A stretch of 62,939 bases of DNA, counting the filler, from Perkinsus chesapeaki ATCC PRA-425 (lineage: Eukaryota; Protista; Perkinsozoa), in NCBI GenBank assembly GCA_013115145.1. It is 11 parts of 11 records of this genome, joined end to end, with 100 filler letters (N's around TTAATTAATTAA, not from the genome) between each part and the next. Parts side by side here need not be neighbours in the genome. Positions count along the whole stretch, not along the records: positions 36,327 to 48,925 come from JAAPAO010000806.1; 10 more parts are not named here. The stretch is one strand, 5' to 3'. The stretch's first letter is position 1. Every line of letters begins with the position of its first letter. The notes beneath the pieces are model-generated. The model saw nothing but the letters and a program-made list of their open reading frames with translations, was not told the origin of the DNA and did no database searches. Position numbers and translations under genes: made by a program. This document shows positions 36,765-48,273 of the stretch, piece after piece.

Positions 36765-37748
36765 ATGCATGTTAGTCTCCTGCCCATCCTTGGTGGTGTC
36801 ACCTACGTGATTGCTGGTGGCTGCCGCAAGTCTATGTTCGAGGATTACTCCAATCACGAGGTCGTTATCGCACCCCTTCCTCATACCTATACTGAGGAAC
36901 ATGACCTTCCAGCATCCTTTGACTGGCGTAATCACAGTGGTGTGAATTACGTAACCAAAGTTCTCAACCAGCACGCCCCCAAATACTGTGGTTCGTGTTG
37001 GCTACATGCCGGTATCGGCGTTCTTAACGACAGGATCAAGGTTGCCAAGAATGCTCAGTTCCCCGAGGTAAATCTTGCTCGTCAAGTCGTGCTCAACTGC
37101 GGTAAGAAAATCGCCGGCTCATGTCATGGTGGCGAGGACTTTGGTGTCTACAAGTTTGCGCAGCAGGAGGGTCTGCCAGACGACCAGTGCCAATTTTACA
37201 GAGGTGAAGACGGTCATTGCTCGGCCATTGACAACTGCATCAATTGCGATCCGCCTGCTGGCACAGGTCCGTGCTATCCTGTGAGGCGTTATGGGCGATA
37301 TTTCGTTACGGAGTTGGGTAAGATGTCCAAGCCAACCCCTCACCAGATCAAGTCTGAGGTCTATCGCCGTGGCCCTATCAGCTGTGGTGTTGACTCTGGA
37401 GTGGTCGAGAATGGCAAGTATCATCCAGGTGATATCGTTCGTGCTACCAGTAATGATACTTGGAATCTTGATCATGATATTGTTATCGTTGGTTGGGGTC
37501 AAGATAAGAATGGTGACGAATATTATATCGTGAAGAACTCGTGGGGAACCTTCTGGGGCGACCAAGGCTATTTCCTGGTCCAATCGGGCATCAATGCAAT
37601 GGGTATCGAACAGGACTGTGCCTGGGCTGTGATAGACCCTGAACCAAGAGTTCGTAATTACGGTCCGCCAGACTGGATGCGCATGTTCCCGAGTTCATTC
37701 AAATCCGAAGATTATGATGTCGAGAGCGAATCTGTGGTCATTTCATAG
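36765..37748 (+). CDS. CTSZ: Cathepsin Z/X-like cysteine protease (papain family C1A), intronless
   Basis: Hydrophobic N-terminus from ATG 36765, FDWRN, NQHAPKYCGSCW (catalytic Cys with the cathepsin X-type HxPxY insert), LDHDIVIVGWG (His) and VKNSWG (Asn). Confidence 0.92.
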   Translation: MHVSLLPILGGVTYVIAGGCRKSMFEDYSNHEVVIAPLPHTYTEEHDLPASFDWRNHSGVNYVTKVLNQHAPKYCGSCWLHAGIGVLNDRIKVAKNAQFPEVNLARQVVLNCGKKIAGSCHGGEDFGVYKFAQQEGLPDDQCQFYRGEDGHCSAIDNCINCDPPAGTGPCYPVRRYGRYFVTELGKMSKPTPHQIKSEVYRRGPISCGVDSGVVENGKYHPGDIVRATSNDTWNLDHDIVIVGWGQDKNGDEYYIVKNSWGTFWGDQGYFLVQSGINAMGIEQDCAWAVIDPEPRVRNYGPPDWMRMFPSSFKSEDYDVESESVVIS

Positions 37749-38152
37749 ATATCATTATCACGTATTGTCGATCCACGCATTCAAGTAGCAGACAATAGTT
37801 TTTCAGTAGCTTTGTCTTGTGTTCAAAGTAAGAATATTATGTTGGCGGGGTATAGAATAGCTCTTACTGTAGTACTGGCAGAGAGAGTATTCAGGAAACA
37901 TGCAAACTGACTGAGTAGAATATAGTAGTAGCAGCGCACATGCCCCGGAAGTGGCGCTTCGGGCTGTGGGGTTTCTATGTCATAAAACGTATTATACAGG
38001 TGCGCATCTTCAATCATTACCATCGCTAAGGCTTGAGGATATCTTATTGCTAACAAACTGTGAAGATACGCAACAGATCAAGGTAAAGGTATGCAAATAA
38101 GCTTCATGCTTTGGCGATGACACTCTAATTTATTCATGACAGAAACTTCATT

Positions 38153-40135
38153 TTAGAGCGCCACTTGCACACCGCCAGTTCGAATCTGTACAGCATTGTC
38201 CCGAGCAAACTTGGCTGCTTGGGTTTCAGCCAGGACATTCTGCCAAAACCTGTCTAGCTTTCGACTCTCGAGTGGGTTGCATATCCCTAAGGACACTATG
38301 AACTTGACCAACTCGGAGTAGTCTCACCGAGATCACGCAGGCCAGCTGAGCTGCTCATTTGCGAGCCATCAATGCCGTTACACAGAATTGTATCGGCCAG
38401 CTCCGATAGTTTAGGACCTGACAGCATGCAGTGTTCACTCACAGTTCTACAGTAGATACATGCTTTCTTACTAGGAATTTGAGTAGAAGGCAAAGTTCTG
38501 ATCCATTCGGCCAGCTGCTCTGGGCTTTTATCCCCTCCAATTGATGGTCTACACATCGGTGGGCTTTTCGTATCAATCATGGAAGGACGGCCTCTGGGTC
38601 CTCCTGCGCGAGGCGAGCTCTTGCGTGCACCCTTCAGCCGTGATGCTGCCGCGAGGGGCCTTTTGGCCTACAGCAGGAAGCACCCAATGATGAAAGAATC
38701 ATCCATGAAGTCTCTGCGTAGCGATAAGGAACAATCGTACTGTCATCATCTGCCGGGCCAGACCCGCGTCATGTGCGAGACTGCGAGAAGACGGCATATC
38801 GATCCCGGCCATCGCCATTCGAAGGATCTCCATTCCCGCTAAGGCATCTTTAGAAACTAGGACGGAACATCAATCGAAGTGTATTATGCTGTTGTCTACC
38901 TTCTCGTGATGGAGCCTTCGGCGCTAAGCGTTTTCTTCGCTTCATTGGACCGCCGGAAGGGGGTGGATGACTCTCAACGAGAGCCTCGCTATCCTCGCTG
39001 GAAGCCAAACATTCGTGTTCCTCACTGTCAAGAATCACTGGAAGACTGTCTGGTGTGGTCGCCAAGCTCGAGTGGATCTCAGACGAGCGACCAACTGAAT
39101 CGATATCGACACCAATCACTAAGGCGACACATCACTGGTCCGTTCTCCATCAGAGCTTCCGCATTTTGTGGAAGGATCCCGCTTTGGGGCCGTCCTTTCA
39201 ACTGCTCCCCAGAGCTGGGTCCACATCCATTCTGGGAGGAGGTCTTCGATCTCTCGATAGGCGCTTCTCCGATCGAGATTGGCTTTACCTGTCTTAAAGA
39301 ATCCGTGAATAGTCCGACGTGCACCTACTGGCCAGCCTGTCGATGACAGCCTGCAACCACAGCATGGCTGTTAGGTTCTGCTCTCCGCTTGGGTGAGAAC
39401 TGACGGAACTTATCGAATCAAAATGTAGTCGCGACTGTGCGGAGGCCTCCCTACCAAAACTGCGACCTGCATCGACCCACACCTCGCTGGAGTTTACCGA
39501 TGCAAGGCAGGTCGTTCAAAACAGATGGTTGAGGCACGTCGGCTCACGGGCAACGGTGGAGCTCGCGATGGCGGCGGTACTAACTTGTCCGTGCTTTTTG
39601 TGCCATCAGTCAGTACCCTCCGGGCCGGTTGAACTTGCGAGGAGCTCCCCAAGCCAACCTGGGATAAAAGTCCTGTCACAGGGGTTATATGCAAGCTTCT
39701 CACTCTATTCTCGGCAGTATCATGGTTAACCAATGTGAGGCTGACCAAAGATTCCGAAGATGAGGGGCAAGCGTCCTCCATTGAGAGCCCTGGCGGAGCG
39801 GTGCTACTCAGGGATGGTAGTGAGTAAGATGGCTCCAAGTTCTCAGTCTCTGAAGCCTTGGCTGGTGAATCACATATCGGAGAGTGCTCCCGAGCGGAGC
39901 AGGACTCTCTCGACGATGCCCTGATTGAATGCAACACGTCAAGTAAGGTTGTAAATGGTGAAGGAGTTAATTGGCTCGCCTTGTTAAAGGGAACTCCTTA
40001 AACCAAGCCTTTCTCACTTTGTTTGCTGGTATCATCGTCAACCCATCTATCTGGGCATCCGAGATGAAGTCTTGGGGAAGGCGGAGAACCTCTGCTAAAT
40101 GATCTCCGTCGAGCTGAGGTAATGGGAATAGGCAT
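38153..40135 (-). CDS. Multi-exon S/P-rich hypothetical protein with a possible C-terminal SAM-like domain; ends approximate
   Basis: Exons MPIPITSARRRSFSRGSPP, ORFs 39494-39937 and 38850-39119, and SPEQLAEWIRTL..ELADTILCNGIDGSQM..LRDLG, which resembles a SAM domain. Confidence 0.45.
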
Positions 40136-40146
40136 CGAGCAACAAG

Positions 40147-40226
40147 TGACAGCTGTGGGGTTCGAACCCACGCCCTTTCGGACTGGCGCCTTAAGCCAGC
40201 GCCTTAGACCACTCGGCCAAACTGTC
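40147..40226 (-). tRNA. tRNA-Leu(AAG): tRNA-Leu, anticodon AAG
   Basis: Reverse complement GACAGTTTGGCCGAGTGGTCTAAGGCGCTGGCTTAAGGCGCCAGTCCGAAAGGGCGTGGGTTCGAACCCCACAGCTGTCA forms a cloverleaf with a long variable arm; loop TT-AAG-GC. Confidence 0.95.
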
Positions 40227-40514
40227 GCTGAAATTTTCGATGGCCTACCTGCTTTCGTGCCACATATTCACTAACTTTCTTCGCCATGTCACTCCCAATT
40301 GCCGGAGCCAAACTCTTGCACCAACAGACAACTTGTGGGACGTCAAGGACCGACATACATCAATATACACCTGCCGAGAATGACTGGTTGGCAGCATCAC
40401 CTAGCCTTAACGGTGAACTACATTGACACTATCAGCACATCATCCGATACTAAGCTTAAGAAATATGTTACACGCTCACTCATCGGACGAAAAATATAAG
40501 CAAACTATAAGAAG

Positions 40515-42386
40515 CTAACTATGAGAATTGCAGCTTTTCCGTTTAAACGGGTTCTTCTTCCAACTATGCTTCTTCTTCCTCTCGCCACTGCCGTGATGGT
40601 GATGCGGGCTTGGGCTTCCATCAGCGTCGATTCCAGTCGATCTGGCGGTGTCTGGCATTCTCCCAGGCGAATGCCCATTGGAGCTTATCTCATGCTCACC
40701 GCCGTCTACCACTTCCGAGTGAACACTGTGATACGTAGCACCAGGGCTCCTCCCTGACCGACTGCGGCTGAGTTTACCGAGCAGCTTCTTAGCTTTACGA
40801 GTTGATATCCTTTTGCGGAACGACCACCGACCAGAGCTCCTTTTCGAGGTCTCGCAACTGAGTACATTTTGCTTAAACTCATCATCTGGATCAAGCTTGA
40901 ATTGATGCTCTGGGAGAGTCGAGGCCACAATTGCCCAGCCGGTGCAAGTATTCCCTTCAACACTTAAGGAGCGCCCTCGAGACCGGCACACTTCATCACT
41001 CAGTGAAGTGCCGTCCTCAGACGTTTCGCTGAGGGGAACTTGATAGCTCGGTAGGCGTGAGAGAACAAGCCGTGCACCACCATCGACTTGAGCGGCGTTC
41101 TCCAGCATACCAAGCAGTCTGGATGACACCCACCCATATGCCCCTTCACTGCGCTTGAGAACTTCATCAATCCCAAGCTCGCTGATAACTATACCAGGAA
41201 GGCACTTCAATTTGATCATAAGCAGGTCATTGCAGTCGTTGGAGTCCACGCGACCTATGTCATCCTTTTGGAAGCCAGCGTCCATCAGAACCAGACCGAT
41301 ACGATAGATAGCTTTCCAACCTTTACTCAGGAAAATATCAAGTATCCTCTCGCTGGCATGTTCATCATCCAAAAGATCAGATGAGAATAGAGTAAGAAAC
41401 CAGGAGGATGCATAAAAAGATGAGGGCACTCCCAAGCCATCAAAGGCAGTGGATAGAAGACGATGAACTCGTGGTAGAGCTGCCTCGAGGAGACGATCAA
41501 ATGTCCAAAGGCTCAGACGGAATCTGTCACTCAGTTCAAACATCCTCACCATTTGATATCGAACCAGTAGTGACACAGCGCTCCTGAAGGTCATCACTTC
41601 AGCCTCATCAATCGGGCAATCGGGGCAATTTACCGACTCATCCCACTTGTGCGAGGCGTCCTCAACACATAAGCGATCAGACTTATCGTCACTATCGTCA
41701 TCATCGTCATCACTACCCTTACGGGCCACCATACCAACTTTTCGATAATTAACCTTTAGAAGTATGCTAACTACATAGTTCATGCCCTGACAGTAACCAA
41801 CACTCTTAAGCCTCTCAGAGGTAGCCATGAGAACTCTCCAAAGTCTATGATGAAAGCAAGTAACGCAACTGGCGCATGGTTCAGTACGTATAACATCTCG
41901 CCAAACCTGGCCAGCTATCGGACTGCCGCCATCAGCATCAGGTGCAGCAGCCTGCTGCCAGCAAGAGTTATAATAAACAAGGGAATCTTCTTCGGCGTTA
42001 CGTGTCATTATATCTTCATCTAGTAACAGAGAATGCCATATCCGCGGCCTAAGCTCAACGGTCATCGGCCATCGTGCTCTACGAGCCGCAGTATCCCGCT
42101 CAGTGATCAGTCGATGAGCCCAAGATTTGCTGGTGCAAACCAGTTGTTGCCAAGTATAAGGATCGGGGAGATAGGATGTTATTAAAGAGGCCACAGAGCC
42201 TGCAAGGAACCATTCCTCATTGAGAGTGAGCGGCGGCGGCGATGTCGAGGGTGGTGGCGATAATGATGTGTCAGGATTGCTACTATAATGGGTCAAAAAT
42301 GATAGGTCAGTGGTGGTAGGAAGGATATCCGTGGAGCAGCAGCGTGGATGAGGAACGGTCGCATTATGGGACATACGAGAGTTCAA
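40515..42386 (-). CDS. TBC-domain Rab GTPase-activating protein, 623 aa, intronless
   Basis: QVWRDVIRT (IxxDxxR), GYCQGMNYV (YxQ), FYASSWFLTLFS and RILDIFLSKGWKAIYRIGL. Confidence 0.92.
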   Translation of the reverse strand: MNSRMSHNATVPHPRCCSTDILPTTTDLSFLTHYSSNPDTSLSPPPSTSPPPLTLNEEWFLAGSVASLITSYLPDPYTWQQLVCTSKSWAHRLITERDTAARRARWPMTVELRPRIWHSLLLDEDIMTRNAEEDSLVYYNSCWQQAAAPDADGGSPIAGQVWRDVIRTEPCASCVTCFHHRLWRVLMATSERLKSVGYCQGMNYVVSILLKVNYRKVGMVARKGSDDDDDDSDDKSDRLCVEDASHKWDESVNCPDCPIDEAEVMTFRSAVSLLVRYQMVRMFELSDRFRLSLWTFDRLLEAALPRVHRLLSTAFDGLGVPSSFYASSWFLTLFSSDLLDDEHASERILDIFLSKGWKAIYRIGLVLMDAGFQKDDIGRVDSNDCNDLLMIKLKCLPGIVISELGIDEVLKRSEGAYGWVSSRLLGMLENAAQVDGGARLVLSRLPSYQVPLSETSEDGTSLSDEVCRSRGRSLSVEGNTCTGWAIVASTLPEHQFKLDPDDEFKQNVLSCETSKRSSGRWSFRKRISTRKAKKLLGKLSRSRSGRSPGATYHSVHSEVVDGGEHEISSNGHSPGRMPDTARSTGIDADGSPSPHHHHGSGERKKKHSWKKNPFKRKSCNSHS

Positions 42387-42561
42387 ATTATTAGGACATA
42401 CCTGTTGTTATTGAGGACTGCTAAATTGGAGAATTGGTCGGTTGGTAGTAGGTGGTCACTTTTGTTGATAAACTAACACAACTAGTAGTAAAGGGGTGAT
42501 AAGGAGCTGGCTTTAGTATGTCCTAAAACGGACTAAGATAAATCAAAAGCATAAGAATACC

Positions 42562-44172
42562 CTATAGTATTGAACCACCTATATGAAAGGACAGGTTTAA
42601 CATCATCATGATGATCAGGGATACAGCAGCAGCAGACACAGAAAAAATGCTTGCTGTCGTCGTCGTTGTTGCCGCTGATGACGGCCCAGGTTGACGGGTT
42701 GGTGGTGCTGTAGGTAATTGAGGCGTACAATGATCACCACCGACGGACCTTGCCGGTTTAACAGGAACAGTAGGCATTGTAACCGCTGCCTTTACGGCTT
42801 CTAGGGCGTTCAATCGACCGTACTTAACAACAGGAACGAATATGGCGTTGTTGATGTCAACTGCTGTAGTCTTCATCGCCGTCTTAGCATCCTTGGCTGA
42901 TACACCAAGTGACATTAGTAATGCGGCAACTCCTGTAACATGGGGAGTGGCCATCGACGTCCCTGTTAGGTATCTATACGTATTATCAGGATAAGTCGAT
43001 ATAATCTCGACACCGGGCGCCGCGATGTCGAGATAAGGAGCGTAATTACTATGAACGGCCAACATATATGGTATATCTTTATCTGTTGAACCAACACACA
43101 TAACATTATCCAATTCTTGGGTATATGCGCATGGGTAGACCTTGTTTACAGATATATCTACTCCTTCATTACCAGCGGCACACACAAAGAGCATGCCTCT
43201 CTCGCCTGCTCTGCCAATAGCAGATTTCACTATTTCACTACGCATGGGAGAAGTATAGGAGTTACTCAGTATATCTACATTCTTAGTAATAGCATAGTTG
43301 ATACCAGTAAGCATGTCAGATAATACTCCCCAGCCGCGTTCATCAAGGACCCTAATAGACATAATCTTAGCTCTGGATACCCCAGCTATCCCTTTAGAGT
43401 TGTTGCTCTGGGCACCCAATATACCAGCACAATGGGTACCATGACCATTTACATCATCAATCAGCTCATCAGGACTGAGCCCATGATTGCATACTTCATC
43501 CGAGAATACTTCATGCCTCAGATCTTCATGGCCAATTTCAACACCAGTATCAAGAACACCGACAACTATCTCTCGTTCAGGTCTACCAATCATCGCCTTC
43601 TCCCACACTCCCCATGCCTCAGGCATATTAATAATATCCATTCCCCACTGATACTGGGCATAATTGTCATTGAAGGCCGCAGCAGTTTTAGAGTGCCGAA
43701 TACCCCGAACCTCGGCCCTTTCACCAACGCCTGCGATAGAAATCTCCGAGTTGCGCTCCACCATCACATCCAAGTCGAGCTGAGGAGCTGCCTCTTCCTC
43801 CAGGAACTGTTTCAGTGCCTCATGGCTGAGGGAGCATCTCTCCGTACCAGTGTAAACCGTCTGCACGCCAATTTCGCTCATAGTTTCTACCGCACTTGGA
43901 TGGCTAAGGCAACCATCCAGCATTGATGTCACTTCCTGCAATCTCCTCTTATCCTTGGAAGATGCTGCCTTCTGCATCATCATGCTCGGTAGTGACCTCA
44001 CATCCACCATGGACTTCACACTAGCAGCCATAAGGAGGCCATCCGAGAGCACCGAGGCGGTTGATGTTATCGATAAAAGAGTCTCCGGATACCCGACCCG
44101 ATCACCGCGCACCATGTATAAAACATACAGAAATGGTAGCAGCAGTGGGGGAGCTGGACATGCGATGTGCAT
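42562..44172 (-). CDS. Subtilisin-like serine protease (S8), 536 aa, intronless, with a T-rich linker and hydrophobic C-terminus (possible GPI or membrane anchor)
   Basis: Catalytic triad motifs VGVLDTG, HGTHCAG and GTSMATPHV, plus oxyanion motif AAGN. Confidence 0.95.
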   Translation of the reverse strand: MHIACPAPPLLLPFLYVLYMVRGDRVGYPETLLSITSTASVLSDGLLMAASVKSMVDVRSLPSMMMQKAASSKDKRRLQEVTSMLDGCLSHPSAVETMSEIGVQTVYTGTERCSLSHEALKQFLEEEAAPQLDLDVMVERNSEISIAGVGERAEVRGIRHSKTAAAFNDNYAQYQWGMDIINMPEAWGVWEKAMIGRPEREIVVGVLDTGVEIGHEDLRHEVFSDEVCNHGLSPDELIDDVNGHGTHCAGILGAQSNNSKGIAGVSRAKIMSIRVLDERGWGVLSDMLTGINYAITKNVDILSNSYTSPMRSEIVKSAIGRAGERGMLFVCAAGNEGVDISVNKVYPCAYTQELDNVMCVGSTDKDIPYMLAVHSNYAPYLDIAAPGVEIISTYPDNTYRYLTGTSMATPHVTGVAALLMSLGVSAKDAKTAMKTTAVDINNAIFVPVVKYGRLNALEAVKAAVTMPTVPVKPARSVGGDHCTPQLPTAPPTRQPGPSSAATTTTTASIFSVSAAAVSLIIMMMLNLSFHIGGSIL

Positions 44173-44499
44173 TTACAGGGAAAACCTATGGGGTGCTTAG
44201 AAATCGAGACAAGACCTGATAACGGTGACGCGGGGGAAATCTCGCTCGCCGGTGACACGGGTCCGGCGGCTTCGTTCCCCACCAACACAAGAGAAGTGTA
44301 AGTTAAGGAGTGACAATGTTACATAATGATGCATGGATGATGCAATATACAATATAATACTACGATACAGTCAACTTGACTTTAGGTTGCCATTCTGAAC
44401 CAGAACAGCTAGAGGTGTCAGAATGATCATCACAAAGCACCTGCGCCACCATACATACCGACATACCACCCTATACTCGTACTATTCGCTTGTCTTCCC

Positions 44500-46560
44500 C
44501 TTTCCTAGCATCATCCAAGCGAGCTGTCAATTCCAATATAGTTGCCTTGGATTCAATCAGGTCACCTCGAAGCTTTGCCACTATACCCTAATCAAAGACA
44601 ACGACGACGACAATGCAGAACTAGCCTCAAAACGCTCGCGCACAAATGTACTCTTGCAGTGGAGGCTGCGTTCTTGGTCCTACTTTATGCATCTCTAATT
44701 CTTGCTTTAACATCCCAACATCGCTCATCGCATTATCTCCACTTGATGAGCTACTAACCTAATAGATCACCAACATGCCGTAGCAGCAGCAAGAGCACTT
44801 TATAACAATACCTCTGATCGTGGCTTCATCCTTTCCTCTGCCAATTGTTTCTGTAAATGCCTTTTCTCCTCAGCATGCTGATCTATAACACCACGCAACT
44901 TACGGCATTGCTCTATTAGAAACCTCATTTGCCTGAAACATCACTAGTAATAACCGCTGCTCAGTGGCCACGGTGCACTGTGAAGCTGTGGTGTAATAGG
45001 ACTGATGCATGGCAAGTTAATAATAATAATGAGCCGGAGACCTATTTATTAATTGTCAATAAAAGTGCGGACCAACCCTTGAGCCTCCTATCCACCATAA
45101 GACCTACCTGTTCCTCTCATCATCTCTTCTCGCATACATAGCAATATCATCAACTAAAGTATTACTATGCTCAACTTCACTTACATATTCCCCTTTTAAC
45201 ACTTCTAATTTACCATTCAGCTCCTTTACCTACACACAATACCACTCAGTCCTCTCAAGCCTTACTACACCTGCATTACCAGCTATTCAGAAGTTGGTAT
45301 TAACGAAAATGAATAACACAAAGAGATACTCCAAACGATCCGGACAATACCCCACGATCAAATTGTACCCGCAGAAGTGTAAAGCTGTATAATGGTGACC
45401 ATCTACACTAGAGTATACGAGGTAAACGCATGAAGGCGCTTCTGGCGTCTATACTCGGGATAACTTCTCGTATAAGAGATGGGCTCAGGCAACCATCCAG
45501 GTCATTGTTACAGGCTACTCCATTGAGACCCATTATATACCGTATAATGGACCTATATACTTATACATCAAGGCTTATTGGATCACTTTAGTCTAAAGGT
45601 GAGCCAATGCATACGTGTCACCACACCAAAGCTTAATCCAGTCACCCCCACGACATTCGAGCATTAGCAAATACTCGGATTTTCGGAGCGGTACAGCAGC
45701 TAGGGCTCATCAGGCGAACCTCCGATCGAGGCGGCCATCATTCCGCTACTGACATTAGATTTTCTGCGTGACTCCTCTCTCTTATACCCAAAGCGAACAA
45801 CAAGACTAAAATATGGAACCGACTGCGTGTACGGATATGCGATGAGAAGTTCTAATAGAAAACACACTCGCGAGAGTTCACCCCCGCCATTATGGCCCAT
45901 TGTGTCACCTCCTGTATAAGAGATAGCTTAGCCTGGCCTATTCTATTAACCTCTTCCTGTAGATGTCTCATTTTATTAGTAATACTCATTCTTATTGTAT
46001 CAGCTGCTGAGTAGACCAATGCTGATTGTTCAGTTTCATGATCCCAATCAGATTGATGAGATGACCACCACCATGACTCTCTTGAGGTATCTACAAAATA
46101 ACCAAATCGGGCGGATCATCCTAGAGGATCCATACGGACAAGGAATAAACAGACAGAGACAACTAAAATATTAACTTATTTCAACGTATCTACCTAATGT
46201 CTTCATATAACGATCATCAAAATGATGATTGTCCTCTTTCAATGTATCTTCCGCACTAAGTAAAAGTGACTATATATCCCCTTATTACATTTGCCTTTCA
46301 TATCACTCCACGTTGATGATAATAATCCCATCCTATCTTCAATACAGGATGATGATGTCTCACTATCATCCATACCAGTTGACCCTTCAAACCCGCCGCT
46401 AGAATACGTAGTTGTTTGGGTCAGCCCAGCACCACCCTTAGGAGCTGTCCTTGCTGTTGAGCCGCCTGCCTTAAACCGCCGCTTTCTGGCGTGGGAGACG
46501 GAGAAAGGCGTTGGTGTACGGGATGACAGAACCTATTGAAGACAAAGGGAGATATGGTTA
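44500..46560 (-). CDS. Possible multi-exon hypothetical coiled-coil protein
   Basis: Short open segments bounded by GT/AG, e.g. QHAEEKRHLQKQLAEERMKPRSE and VAKLRGDLIESKATILELTARLDDA. The model was not fully assembled. Confidence 0.3.
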
Positions 46561-47045
46561 CACGGATATAGGGTTATGTGTAATTATAGCAAGCGAAAGG
46601 TCGCTGGTTCGATTACCAGATGGATCACTATCGTCCCAGTATGAATCGATTAATCAGTAACATGTTTAAATTTCTGTACATATCACGTCATATAGGTGTG
46701 TTAATCGGCTATCTGCCTTAAAGATACTAAATAGGTTGAATGGGTACCCATAATCGATTGCGCTATTAAGTTAAAATATCATCCTATACTTTTGGAACTT
46801 CACCTACCGGTTGAGGCAAGTCCATCATCTTATTCGAAAGTCTCCAGGACAGCCTCAATGATGAAGCATCAGCTCCTACCATGAAAAACGCTAACACAAC
46901 GCTACCATCGTGGGCGAGGTGCGCACTGCCGCTGAGGAAATGCAAGATCTCAAGTTGCTATCTTGCGACGGTCGATCGCACTTTTACCTTCGACGCATTT
47001 GAAGAACTTAAGGAGGTTCATTGTGACGTTAATCCCCTAGAAGAA

Positions 47046-48273
47046 ATGGTCAACCAAGCTTGTTGTGTATACGTTGGCAGTTTGGATTTCGAGGTAAGGC
47101 AAAGTCTCTACCCCTCGTCATCATCTCTTTATTCACTTTATCGTCTCTTCATTGGCTTTGGCCGGTGCTGTAAAAAGCTACGCCTTCGATATCTATTCGA
47201 ACATTGCTATATAGGAGTCCCTTTCTCCTTGGTTCTTACCCTTGTTTTATATTCAAGTTTTAATACTCCGATTCACGTCGAATATGACGTTCATTTCGTC
47301 TTTGTCATCACGATACTTTCCCCTTAGCTTTGTTCCTCCCCCCCCGCGCTTTTCGCCCTCCTCTTTGTGAATAGTCCATGTTCAGGTTACCGAGGCTCAG
47401 CTTGGTGATCACATGAAGTCCGCTGGTGAGATAGAGTCGGTCGATATCTTAACTCGCAAGGACGGCAAATCTAAGGGTTGCGCGTAAGACAACTTCTTCT
47501 CTCTGCTAGTTTTGCCATGTATCATTGTAGGCTGGTCGAGTACAAGACCGAAGATGCTGCTGAGAAGGCTATTGAGACCCTTAACGATACCGAGGTCGGC
47601 AATCGCAAGATATTCGTCCGAGAAGACCGCGGGCCCATTGAGGAAATGGAGCAAGGCGCTACTAGACAGGGGAAGGGCAAAGGAGGAAAGGGCAAGGGTA
47701 AGCAACGATGGGGATCTTGGTATACCTCTTTATATCATACTTAGGTAAAGGCAAAGGCAAGGGCTTCAAGGGTAGAGATAGAATCCGCCCATTGAAGGTT
47801 GGCGAGAAGGATGTTCATAGGTTGATCTATGTTGGCAACGTAAGAAACTAGGCCTTTTTATTTGATATTATTGTCTGTTTCAGCTCCCTTGGAGGACTGC
47901 CTGGCAGGATCTTAAGGACCTCTTCCGCGAATGCGGTGACGTTATCCGCGTGGATATGGCTGAGGGCTGGGATGGCAGATCAAAGGGATTCGCCACTGTT
48001 CTCTTCCAGGACCCTGAAGGAGCCCAGAAGGCTATTGGTGAGACTAGTTGCAATTATTCTATTTATTCGATTAATTGTTTTTCAGAGAAGTACAACGGTT
48101 ACGATTTCCAAGGTCGTAAGATGTATGTCCGTGAGGATCAGTTCTTGAAGGATGACGGTACTTACACTAGAAGCCGTAGATCCAGCAGCCAAAAGGAGGA
48201 TGCCGGCGAGGCATCATCGTCTAAGCAGCCTAAGGCACCTGTTGTTGATACCAGTGATGATCGTGATGACTAG
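47046..48273 (+). CDS. Two-RRM RNA/ssDNA-binding protein, GBP2/hnRNP-M-like, multi-exon
   Basis: CVYVGSLDFE|VTEAQLGDHMKSAG..SKGCA|LVEYKT..RKIFVREDR, a KG-rich linker, IYVGN|LPWRTAWQDLKDLF..SKGFATVLF and GRKMYVREDQ. Confidence 0.85.
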
